Assembly (NCBI RefSeq): GCF_013315695.1
Contig: NZ_CP054353.1
Direction: 5' to 3' (one strand)
DNA length: 64,000 nt
DNA from: Escherichia coli
Lineage (GTDB): Bacteria > Pseudomonadota > Gammaproteobacteria > Enterobacterales > Enterobacteriaceae
Program-made: the position numbers and the translations under genes
The notes under the pieces: generated by a model
Databases searched by the model: none
Told to the model about the DNA's origin: nothing
The model's input: only the letters and a program-made list of their open reading frames with translations
Part shown: positions 27,452 to 36,079 of the stretch, piece after piece
How the letters are laid out: each line of letters begins with the position of its first letter
Numbering within the stretch: position 1 is the first letter of the stretch

Positions 27452-27819
27452 GGTGCCAGGTCGTTGATATCGCGGGTGTTAAACTCCAGCACGCGCAGGC
27501 CGTACTTCTCGTTGACCACCACCACTTCCGCTTTGCCCAGCAGGATATTGTTCACTTTAATATCCAGCGGCTCCCCGGCGAGTTTATCCAGCTCAATCAC
27601 CGTGTCGTCGTCGATGTTAAGCAGGTCGGCTAACATAATTTCCACCGACGACACTTCCAGCGTTAAGGTCACCGGAATGCGTTTCAGCAGCGTCATCGAG
27701 TCGGAAAAGCGGTCTTCCAGGCGGGTGACCAGCGTTTCGGCGTCGGCGGATTTCGTGACAGGCGCAACTTCATCGGCGAGGCCAAAATCCCCGGCTAAAA
27801 TATCGTCTTGTTTACTCAT
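27448..27819 (-). CDS. lfiN: Flag-2 C-ring protein, FliN homologue
   Basis: SpoA domain; ATG at 27819 (MSKQDD...) chosen over upstream track start; ATGA overlap with lfiP. Confidence 0.85.
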   Translation of the reverse strand: MSKQDDILAGDFGLADEVAPVTKSADAETLVTRLEDRFSDSMTLLKRIPVTLTLEVSSVEIMLADLLNIDDDTVIELDKLAGEPLDIKVNNILLGKAEVVVVNEKYGLRVLEFNTRDINDLAP

Positions 27820-28663
27820 GGCTATTCTCATTCTTGCCCGCCAGCTCCGACAAAAACAGTTTGTCTTTGTCTTCCACAATCAGGGCGCTAAATAATTCAG
27901 ATTGCCCAATCGCCACCGGGAACGTTTCTCCCAGCGAGATGGGTAAAATATCCCCGGCTTTTATCTGCGCCAGATCGGCGACATTCATCGATAGCTCGGC
28001 GATTTTGACGTTCAGGGTCAGCGGCAGGGAGCGGATGATTTCTTTAATCAGGGCCGGTTTATTAACGGATTTCGCCACCTGCTGCGGTTTACTGTGCTCG
28101 CTGTGGCGGATCAGATTCAAAATAAAATCGGTGTGGGCGTCGTCGAGCAAAATACGAAAACTGCTCTCTTCATCGCCCGCAAGGGTAAAGGTTAATTGAT
28201 ACGCCCAGTGGGTAATCACCGTGCTGCTGTCCAGTTTTAATTTCAGCGCAATACCGGAGGTTTGCAGATTAAAGATCAGCGTGCAGATATCCAGCGCGAG
28301 TCGGTTCTTTAACCGCGTTTCGGTTTTGGTCGGCAGCCCGTTATGCGCTTTCGCCTCTTCAAGAGAGGACTCCAGACCATAAAAATTGCCCAGCAGCATT
28401 AACAGCAAGGAGCGATCAATATCAAACGCCAGATGCCCGACCTGGGAAACCATCAGTTCGGCGTTTTTATTAATAATATCCATTTCGCAGCCAATCTTTT
28501 TTAGGGTGATATTGCTGCGATGCTTTTTGAGAAAGTAGCTGCCAAGATGCGAATCAATCACGTCAAAATTCCCCGTAAACAGGGTCGGCAGGCGATGGTA
28601 GGGGCGTCCGAGCCGATTACCTTCTAATTTAAAGATGCCTGGCGTTTTACTGTACTTCAGCAT
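27812..28663 (-). CDS. lfiM: Flag-2 C-ring switch protein, FliM homologue
   Basis: 283 aa; first gene of the lfiMNPQR-lfhBA operon. Confidence 0.85.
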   Translation of the reverse strand: MLKYSKTPGIFKLEGNRLGRPYHRLPTLFTGNFDVIDSHLGSYFLKKHRSNITLKKIGCEMDIINKNAELMVSQVGHLAFDIDRSLLLMLLGNFYGLESSLEEAKAHNGLPTKTETRLKNRLALDICTLIFNLQTSGIALKLKLDSSTVITHWAYQLTFTLAGDEESSFRILLDDAHTDFILNLIRHSEHSKPQQVAKSVNKPALIKEIIRSLPLTLNVKIAELSMNVADLAQIKAGDILPISLGETFPVAIGQSELFSALIVEDKDKLFLSELAGKNENSHE

Positions 28664-28841
28664 GGCTTACTTTCTCTGCTGTAATGGTATGGGCGTTGTT
28701 GTGCACGCAAATCCGGCAGTGACACAAGGTGAGGTATTAAATAGAGGGGGCGTGAAAGGGGCAAATTATTAATAGGGTGAAAAAATAATTAAATTATTAA
28801 AGGGCGAGGTATCGGGCATCGTCATAAAACATTGCACGAAT

Positions 28842-28926
28842 TGTAGGCCTGATAAGAGGCGCAGCGTCGCATCAGGCATCGGTGCACAATTGCCGGATGG
28901 CGGCGTAAACGCCTTATCCGGCCTAC
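28842..28926. repeat. REP/BIME element in lfiM-lafK divergent intergenic region
   Basis: TGTAGGCCTGATAAGAGGCGCAGCGTCGCATCAGGCA ... TTGCCGGATGGCGGCGTAAACGCCTTATCCGGCCTAC. Confidence 0.8.
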
Positions 28927-29050
28927 GGTTCTAACTCATTGTTTATCAACAAATAATATTTTTATTATCGTTTAATTCGAACTTGTTAATCCCGCCGGTG
29001 ATACGCTTCAGAACATCCTGTTTTCTGTCGCTACTTATATCGTTCACCCT

Positions 29051-30037
29051 ATGTCTGAACTTATTGCAACTGCCGCTTCCAGCATTAACGCTTTTACTCT
29101 GGCAAAGCGTGTCGCCGCCTTTAACGTGCCGGTGCTCATTCAGGGCGAAACCGGCGCGGGCAAAGAATGCGTGGCGAAATATATTCACACCGTAGCCTTT
29201 GGTGAAAATGAAAGCGCACCCTATGTCGGCGTGAACTGCGCGGCGATCCCGGAAAATATGCTGGAATCCACGCTATTTGGCTATGACAAAGGCGCATTTA
29301 CCGGCGCAATTGCCAGCGTGCCAGGAAAAATGGAACTGGCAAATAACGGCTCCTTATTGCTCGATGAAATTGGTGAAATGCCGCTGGCGCTACAGGCCAA
29401 AATATTACGCGTGTTGCAGGAACAACAGGTTGAGCGATTAGGCAGCAACCGACAAATCAAACTCAATTTTCGCCTGATTGCCTGCACCAATAAAAACCTG
29501 GAGCAGGAAGTTGCCGCCGGACGTTTTCGTGAAGATCTCTATTATCGTCTGGCGGTTATCCCTATTACCATGCCGCCACTGCGTGAACGCCTGAACGATA
29601 TTATTCCGCTGGCGGAGTCATTTATTAAAAAATACTCCACGGTGCTGGTGAAAAATATCACCCTGTCCGAATCCACCCGCCGTGCGCTGCTTAATTACCG
29701 CTGGCCCGGTAACGTGCGCCAACTGGAAAACGCCATTCAGCGGGGAATGATTTTAAATCGCGACGGCGTAATTTACCCGGATGCATTAGGCCTGCTGGAA
29801 ACGGACGTTGCTGACCACAGCGAACTGCAATGGCCTGTTCAGCCCGCCGTCCACATTGCCGAAACCAGCGATTTGGGCCAGCACGGACGAAGCGCGCAAT
29901 ATCAATATATCGCCGACCTGATGCGTAAATATCAGGGCAACCGCAGCAAAATCGCCGACCTGTTAGGCATTACCCCGCGCGCACTGCGCTATCGACTGGC
30001 CTCCATGCGCAAGCAAGGTATCGAAGTTTTCTCCTGA
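29051..30037 (+). CDS. lafK: Sigma-54-dependent transcriptional activator (AAA+ domain plus C-terminal HTH, no N-terminal receiver or sensor domain)
   Basis: 328 aa; Walker A GETGAGKE at residues ~32-39; GAFTGA sigma-54 contact motif; C-terminal Fis-type HTH. Confidence 0.88.
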   Translation: MSELIATAASSINAFTLAKRVAAFNVPVLIQGETGAGKECVAKYIHTVAFGENESAPYVGVNCAAIPENMLESTLFGYDKGAFTGAIASVPGKMELANNGSLLLDEIGEMPLALQAKILRVLQEQQVERLGSNRQIKLNFRLIACTNKNLEQEVAAGRFREDLYYRLAVIPITMPPLRERLNDIIPLAESFIKKYSTVLVKNITLSESTRRALLNYRWPGNVRQLENAIQRGMILNRDGVIYPDALGLLETDVADHSELQWPVQPAVHIAETSDLGQHGRSAQYQYIADLMRKYQGNRSKIADLLGITPRALRYRLASMRKQGIEVFS

Positions 30038-30051
30038 CCCGGAAGTTAAAA

Positions 30052-30393
30052 ATGAGCATTACCACAATCAACAGCACCATGCAGGCGCAAATCATGCAGG
30101 ACGTGCAGCGGATGCAGGCCAACGCCCAGGCACCGGTGCTGCCCGCCATGACCTTCAGTTCCACCGACCCGGACGTTTCGTTTAACCGCATTATGAGCGG
30201 TGCGCTCGGTCATGTTGACCAGTTCCAGCAGGTGGCGGAGCAGCAGCAAACGGCTGTCGACACGGGCAAAAGTGATGACCTTGCCGGGGCGATGATCGCC
30301 AGCCAGCAGGCGTCGCTCTCTTTCTCCGCGCTGGTGCAGGTGCGCAACAAAATCGCCACCGGATTTAACGATCTGATGAGTATGTCGATCTAA
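30052..30393 (+). CDS. lfiE: Flag-2 basal body protein, FliE homologue
   Basis: 113 aa. Confidence 0.85.
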   Translation: MSITTINSTMQAQIMQDVQRMQANAQAPVLPAMTFSSTDPDVSFNRIMSGALGHVDQFQQVAEQQQTAVDTGKSDDLAGAMIASQQASLSFSALVQVRNKIATGFNDLMSMSI

Positions 30394-30397
30394 CCCT

Positions 30398-32053
30398 ATG
30401 AATGCACAAATAAAGAAGTTAACCCAGGCGTTTCCGGCGTTTCGACTGCGTCTTGCAGATAACAAACGCTGGGCATTGATGGCGGGAGTGGGGCTTGCCG
30501 TTGCGGCGACGGCGATTATCGTCAGCGTACTGTGGACCGGTAATCGCGGCTACGTCTCGCTCTACGGACGCCAGGAAAATCTGCCCGTGTCGCAGATTGT
30601 CACCGTGCTGGATGGCGAAAAGCTCAGCTACCGCATCGACCCGCAAAGCGGGCAGATTCTGGTGCCGGAAGATGAACTGTCGAAAACGCGCATGACCCTT
30701 GCTGCCAAAGGCGTGCAGGCGATCTTGCCCAGCGGCTACGAGCTGATGGACAAAGACGAAGTGCTCGGCAGCAGCCAGTTCGTGCAGAACGTGCGCTACA
30801 AACGCAGCCTCGAAGGGGAGCTGGCGCAGAGCATTATGTCGCTGGACGCGGTGGAGAGCGCGCGGGTGCATCTGGCGCTCAACGAAGAGAGCTCGTTTGT
30901 GGTCAGCGATGAGCCGCAAAACAGCGCCTCGGTGGTGGTGCGTCTGCATTACGGCGCGAAGCTGAATATGGACCAGGTGAACGCCATTGTGCATCTGGTT
31001 TCCGGCAGCATTCCGGGGCTGCACGCCAGCAAAGTTAGCGTCGTCGATCAGGCGGGAAATCTGCTGACCGACGGCATTGGCGCGGGCGAAGCGGTTTCAG
31101 CCGCTACCCGTAAACGCGATCAGATCCTCAAAGATATTCAGGACAAAACCCGCGCCAGCGTGGCGAACGTGCTGGATTCGCTGGTCGGCAGCGGGAATTA
31201 CCGCGTCAGCGTCATGCCGGATCTCGACCTCAGTAATATCGATGAAACTCAGGAACACTACGGCGACGCGCCGAAAATCAACCGCGAAGAAAACGTGCTG
31301 GACAGCGATACCAATCAGGTGGCGATGGGTGTGCCCGGTTCGCTTAGCAACCGCCCGCCGGTTGCACCTAATCAGGTTACTAACGGCGCGATGCCCGCCG
31401 ACGAAAATCGCTCGCCGGAAGCCCTTTCGAAACACAGCGAAAGCAAGCGCGATTACTCTTACGACCGCAGCGTCCAGCATATTCAGCATCCCAGCTTTAC
31501 GGTGAAACGCCTCAACGTGGCGGTGGTGCTCAATCAAAACGCTCCGGCGCTGAAAAACTGGAAGCCGGAGCAGACCACGCAGCTTACCGCGCTGCTGAAC
31601 AATGCCGCCGGGATCGACGCGCAACGTGGAGACAATCTCACCTTATCGCTGCTTAACTTTGTCCCGCAGGCGGTGCCGGTCGAACCAATTATTCCGTTGT
31701 GGAAAGATGACAGCGTGCTGGCCTGGGTGCGGCTGATTGGCTGCGGCCTGCTGGCGCTGTTGTTGCTGTTCTTTGTGGTGCGCCCGGTAATGAAACGACT
31801 GACGGCGGTACGTGCGCCGGTTATCACACCAGAACCGGAAGCTGTCAGCGAACCGTGGATTGCCATGCCGGAAGAGGAACGCAAAAACGTCGATCTGCCG
31901 TCGCTGCCCGGCGATGACAGCCTGCCGTCCCAGAGTTCCGGCCTCGAAGTAAAACTCGAGTTCCTGCAAAAACTGGCCATGAGCGACACCGATCGCGTAG
32001 CCGAAGTTCTCAGACAATGGATCACCAGCAATGAGCGAATTGACAACAAATAA
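30398..32053 (+). CDS. lfiF: Flag-2 MS-ring protein, FliF homologue
   Basis: 551 aa; N-terminal and C-terminal TM segments flanking a periplasmic ring-building domain. Confidence 0.9.
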   Translation: MNAQIKKLTQAFPAFRLRLADNKRWALMAGVGLAVAATAIIVSVLWTGNRGYVSLYGRQENLPVSQIVTVLDGEKLSYRIDPQSGQILVPEDELSKTRMTLAAKGVQAILPSGYELMDKDEVLGSSQFVQNVRYKRSLEGELAQSIMSLDAVESARVHLALNEESSFVVSDEPQNSASVVVRLHYGAKLNMDQVNAIVHLVSGSIPGLHASKVSVVDQAGNLLTDGIGAGEAVSAATRKRDQILKDIQDKTRASVANVLDSLVGSGNYRVSVMPDLDLSNIDETQEHYGDAPKINREENVLDSDTNQVAMGVPGSLSNRPPVAPNQVTNGAMPADENRSPEALSKHSESKRDYSYDRSVQHIQHPSFTVKRLNVAVVLNQNAPALKNWKPEQTTQLTALLNNAAGIDAQRGDNLTLSLLNFVPQAVPVEPIIPLWKDDSVLAWVRLIGCGLLALLLLFFVVRPVMKRLTAVRAPVITPEPEAVSEPWIAMPEEERKNVDLPSLPGDDSLPSQSSGLEVKLEFLQKLAMSDTDRVAEVLRQWITSNERIDNK

Positions 32054-33041
32054 GAGCAACAGCTACCTGGAACAGGCGGCGATCCTGCTGCTGTGTCTGG
32101 GCGAAGAGGCGGCGGCAACGGTGATGCAAAAACTCAGCCGTGAAGAAGTGGTGCGCCTGAGCGAAAACATGGCGCGGCTTTCCGGTGTCAAAACCAGCAT
32201 GGCGCGCAAAGTGATCAACAACTTCTTTGATGAGTTCCGCGAACAGAGCGGGATCAATGGCGCGTCGCGATCTATGTTGCAGGGCATTCTCAACAAAGCG
32301 CTAGGCACCGAGATCGCCAGCAGCGTGATCAACGGCATCTACGGCGATGAGATCCGCTCGCGGATGGCGCGACTGCAATGGGTGGAACCGCGCCAGCTGG
32401 CGATGCTGATCTCCGAAGAGCATCTGCAATTGCAGGCAGTATTCCTCGCGTTTCTGACGCCGGAAATCTCGGCGGCGGTGCTCTCGTATCTCAATGAATC
32501 GGTGCAAAACGAAATTCTCTATCGGGTGGCGAAACTCAACGACGTCAACCGCGACGTGGTGGATGAACTGGACAGGCTGATTGAACGCGGCCTGTCGGTG
32601 CTTTCGGAGCACGGCTCGAAGGTGAAAGGCATCAAACAGGCGGCGGATATCGTCAACCGCTTCCAGGGCAACCAGCAGGTGATCCTCGACCAGATGCGCG
32701 AGCGCGACGAAGACGTGCTGGAGCAGCTTCAGGATGAGATGTACGACTTCTTTATCCTCAGCCGCCAGAACGAAGAGGTGCGTCGACGTCTGCTCGACGA
32801 AGTACCGATGGAAGACTGGGCGGTAGCGCTGAAAGGCACCGAAGCCCTGTTGCGCCGTTCCATTTACGCGGTGATGCCAAAACGTCAGGCGCAGCAACTG
32901 GAAGCGATCACCGCGCGTCTGGGGCCGGTGCCGGTCAGCCGTATCGAACAGATCCGCCGCGAAATCATGGGCATTGCCCGTGAACTGGAAGAGGCGGGCG
33001 AAATTCAGCTACAGCTCTTTGCGGAACAGACGGCGGAGTAA
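32031..33041 (+). CDS. lfiG: Flag-2 rotor/switch protein, FliG homologue
   Basis: 336 aa. Confidence 0.9.
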   Translation: MSELTTNKSNSYLEQAAILLLCLGEEAAATVMQKLSREEVVRLSENMARLSGVKTSMARKVINNFFDEFREQSGINGASRSMLQGILNKALGTEIASSVINGIYGDEIRSRMARLQWVEPRQLAMLISEEHLQLQAVFLAFLTPEISAAVLSYLNESVQNEILYRVAKLNDVNRDVVDELDRLIERGLSVLSEHGSKVKGIKQAADIVNRFQGNQQVILDQMRERDEDVLEQLQDEMYDFFILSRQNEEVRRRLLDEVPMEDWAVALKGTEALLRRSIYAVMPKRQAQQLEAITARLGPVPVSRIEQIRREIMGIARELEEAGEIQLQLFAEQTAE

Positions 33042-33043
33042 CC

Positions 33044-33754
33044 ATGACCATTGAAACACTGCGCGGGCGCTATCGCCTGCACCGTTTTCCGCCGCGCCAG
33101 CGTGCGGTGACCGGAGAACCGCTCACCGCCAGCATTAGCGCCGCCGATTACCAGCGCCAGTTGATGGACGGTTTTCAGGAAGGGCTGCAAAAAGGGTTTG
33201 CTCAGGGAATGACCGAAGGCCAGGAGCAGGGCTTTAGCGAAGGTCATCAACAAGGTTTTGCCGAGGGGCGACGCCAGGGCTACACCGAAGGCAGCCTCGC
33301 CGGGCAGCAGGAAGGGCGCAAACAGTTTGTTGACGCGGCACAGCCGCTGGAAGCCATCAGCGGAAAAGTGAACGACTTTCTCGCCCATATCGAACGCAAA
33401 CAGCGGGAAGATTTGCTGCAACTGGTGGAAAAAGTCACCCGCCAGGTGATCCGCTGCGAACTGGCGCTGCAACCGACGCAGTTGCTGGCGCTGGTGGAAG
33501 AGGCACTGGCGGCCTTCCCGGCAATGCCGGAGACCCTCCAAGTGATGCTAAGTACGGAAGAATTTAACCGCTTGCGCGACGCGGTGCCGGAAAAGGTCAG
33601 CGAATGGGGGCTGACGCCTTCGCCGGATCTGCCGCCGGGTGAATGCCGGGTGATCACCGATAAATCCGAACTGGATATCGGCTGCGAGCACCGCCTGGAA
33701 CAATGCATGACCGCGCTACAAGAGACGCTAACGCCGGAGTCACAGGGTGAGTGA
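33044..33754 (+). CDS. lfiH: Flag-2 export ATPase regulator, FliH homologue
   Basis: 236 aa; glycine-rich repeats GFAQGMTEGQEQGFSEGHQQGFAEGRRQGYTEG. Confidence 0.85.
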   Translation: MTIETLRGRYRLHRFPPRQRAVTGEPLTASISAADYQRQLMDGFQEGLQKGFAQGMTEGQEQGFSEGHQQGFAEGRRQGYTEGSLAGQQEGRKQFVDAAQPLEAISGKVNDFLAHIERKQREDLLQLVEKVTRQVIRCELALQPTQLLALVEEALAAFPAMPETLQVMLSTEEFNRLRDAVPEKVSEWGLTPSPDLPPGECRVITDKSELDIGCEHRLEQCMTALQETLTPESQGE

Positions 33755-35084
33755 TTTTTCCGCTTTCGATAACGCCCTGCGCTCGCTGGAGTCGATCCCG
33801 CTGGCCCGCGTCGCCGGGCGGCTGGTGCGCCTTAATGGCATCCTGCTGGAGAGCGTCGGCTGCCCGCTAATGACCGGGCAGCTGTGTCGCATCGAAAGCG
33901 CCAACCACACGCTTATCGACGCGCAGGCCGTAGGCTTTAATCGCGATATCACTTACTTAATGCCGTTTAAACAGCCGGTCGGCCTGATGGCGGGGGCGCG
34001 CGTCTTCCCGGAAGAAAAAGCCCACGACATCCTGATTGGCGAAAGCTGGTTAGGCCGCGTGGTTAACGGCCTCGGCGAACCGCTGGATGGCAAAGGCCGC
34101 CTGAACGGCAACGACCTTCTGCCGCCGCTGCCGCCGTCGGTTAATCCCTTAACCCGCCGTTCGGTGGACGAACCGCTGGACGTGGGCGTGAAAGCGATCA
34201 ACGGCCTGCTGACCATCGGCAAAGGCCAGCGTGTCGGGCTGATGGCGGGCAGCGGCGTCGGGAAAAGCGTGCTGCTGGGGATGATCACCCGCCAGACCAA
34301 AGCCGACATTGTGGTGGTCGGGTTGATTGGCGAACGCGGGCGCGAAGTAAAAGAGTTTATCGACCACTCGCTGGGCGCGGACGGGCTGGCAAAGTCTATC
34401 GTCGTCGTCGCGCCCGCCGATGAATCGCCGCTGATGCGCCTGAAAGCCACCGAACTGTGCCACTCCATCGCCGCCTGGTTTCGCGACCGCGGGCATCACG
34501 TTTTACTGCTGGTGGATTCCCTGACCCGTTACGCGATGGCCCAGCGGGAAATAGCTCTCTCGCTCGGCGAACCGCCCGCCACCAAAGGCTATCCGCCGTC
34601 GGCATTCGGCATGATCCCCAAACTGGTCGAGAGCGCAGGCAACAGCGAAAGCGCGGGATCGATGACCGCCATCTACACCGTGTTGGCGGAAGGCGACGAT
34701 CAGCAAGATCCGATTGTCGACTGCGCCCGTGCGGTGCTGGACGGGCATATCGTATTAACCCGCAAACTGGCGGAAGCGGGGCACTATCCGGCTATTGATA
34801 TCGGCCAGTCGATCAGCCGTTGCATGAATCAGGTGACCAGCCTGGAACATCAGCAATCCGCCCGTGCGTTAAAGCAAAACTACGCCGCGTATATGGAGAT
34901 CAAACCGCTGATCCCGCTCGGCGGCTACGTGGCAGGTGCCGACGCCAGCGTCGACAAAGCGGTAAAAATGTTCCCGGCTATCGAGCGTTTTTTGCGCCAG
35001 GAGATGCGCGAACCTGCCTCCCTGGAACTGGTGCAAAGCCGCCTGCAAATTCTCTTTCCTGGTGTCAAAAAGGCAGAACAGTAA
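33747..35084 (+). CDS. lfiI: Flag-2 flagellum-specific ATPase, FliI homologue
   Basis: 445 aa; Walker A GSGVGKS, F1/T3SS ATPase family. Confidence 0.93.
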   Translation: MSDFSAFDNALRSLESIPLARVAGRLVRLNGILLESVGCPLMTGQLCRIESANHTLIDAQAVGFNRDITYLMPFKQPVGLMAGARVFPEEKAHDILIGESWLGRVVNGLGEPLDGKGRLNGNDLLPPLPPSVNPLTRRSVDEPLDVGVKAINGLLTIGKGQRVGLMAGSGVGKSVLLGMITRQTKADIVVVGLIGERGREVKEFIDHSLGADGLAKSIVVVAPADESPLMRLKATELCHSIAAWFRDRGHHVLLLVDSLTRYAMAQREIALSLGEPPATKGYPPSAFGMIPKLVESAGNSESAGSMTAIYTVLAEGDDQQDPIVDCARAVLDGHIVLTRKLAEAGHYPAIDIGQSISRCMNQVTSLEHQQSARALKQNYAAYMEIKPLIPLGGYVAGADASVDKAVKMFPAIERFLRQEMREPASLELVQSRLQILFPGVKKAEQ

Positions 35085-35086
35085 CC

Positions 35087-35521
35087 ATGCGACAAATCAT
35101 CGACACCCTGGCGCAGTTGCAGCGCCTGCGGGATAAATCGGTCAAAGACAAAACCGTCGAGCTGGCAAAGCAAAAACAGATTTGTGCGGGTTATGACAAC
35201 AATATCAAAGCATTAGGCTACCTGGTGGAGAAAACATCTGCGGGCGCGGCAGCGTCGGTGGAATCGCTGAAAAACGTCAGCGACTACAAAGGCACCTTGC
35301 GCAAGGTGATCGCCTGGCAGGAGCAGGAAAAAACGCTGGCTAACATCAAAGCCACGCGAATGCAGAAAAACCTGACGGCGGCGGCGTGCGAAGAGAAAGT
35401 GGTGGCCCTGACGCTGGACGACAAACGCCGCGAGCAGCAAGAAAGTGCCACGGCGAAAGCGCAAAAAGCGGTGGATGACATCGCCGTCCAGTGCTGGCTG
35501 CGGCATAAGTTAGCGGAGTAG
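35087..35521 (+). CDS. lfiJ: Flag-2 export chaperone/stalk protein, FliJ homologue
   Basis: 144 aa coiled-coil protein starting at ATG 35087 right after lfiI stop. Confidence 0.8.
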   Translation: MRQIIDTLAQLQRLRDKSVKDKTVELAKQKQICAGYDNNIKALGYLVEKTSAGAAASVESLKNVSDYKGTLRKVIAWQEQEKTLANIKATRMQKNLTAAACEEKVVALTLDDKRREQQESATAKAQKAVDDIAVQCWLRHKLAE

Positions 35522-35523
35522 CC

Positions 35524-35928
35524 ATGAAAACGGTCATCACCTTCGGCACCTTCGATGTGTTTCATGTCGGTCATCTGCGCCTTTTACAACGCGCCCGCAC
35601 GCTGGGCGAACGGCTGCTGGTCGGCGTATCGTCCGACGCCTTAAATATCGCCAAAAAGGGCAGAGCACCGGTTTACCCTCAGGATGACCGCATGTCGATC
35701 ATCGCCGGGCTGGCGTGCGTGGATGGCGTATTTCTGGAGGAATCGCTGGAGCAGAAAGCGGAGTATCTGCGGGGGTACCGTGCGGATATTTTAGTGATGG
35801 GCGATGACTGGGCAGGAAAGTTTGACAGCTTCGCGTATATTTGTGAGGTAGTGTATTTCCCCCGCACGCCGTCGGTGTCGACGACGGGGATTATTGAGGT
35901 GATTAGGGGTAAATCAGCCACCTACTGA
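35524..35928 (+). CDS. Glycerol-3-phosphate cytidylyltransferase (TagD-like, makes CDP-glycerol)
   Basis: 134 aa MKTVITFGTFDVFHVGHLRLLQRA... with HxGH motif and ...VVYFPRTPSVSTTGIIEVI; start codon 2 nt after lfiJ stop with SD GGAG. Confidence 0.85.
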   Translation: MKTVITFGTFDVFHVGHLRLLQRARTLGERLLVGVSSDALNIAKKGRAPVYPQDDRMSIIAGLACVDGVFLEESLEQKAEYLRGYRADILVMGDDWAGKFDSFAYICEVVYFPRTPSVSTTGIIEVIRGKSATY

Positions 35929-35976
35929 TTTAATTCCCGCAGTGAGAGAAGATGATGCCGTTTGGCTATGTTAAAT

Positions 35977-36079
35977 ATGTTTAAAAAATCGCGTTTTTTC
36001 GACATATCCCCAAAACATGTCGATGGCATAAACGTATTCCAACGACATGTTTAAAAATCGCATTTTATCGACATATCCC
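35977..36079. repeat. Two copies of a ~34-bp imperfect direct repeat plus a 10-bp inverted repeat
   Basis: ATGTTTAAAAAATCGCGTTTTTTCGACATATCCC (35977..36010) and ATGTTTAAAAATCGCATTTTATCGACATATCCC (36047..36079); inverted arms AAACATGTCG 36013..36022 / CGACATGTTT 36043..36052. Confidence 0.7.

Noticed and set aside
30419-33541. Minus-strand ORFs (138-201 aa) antisense to lfiF, lfiG, lfiH
   Set aside because: Same reasoning; no homology, overlap real genes completely
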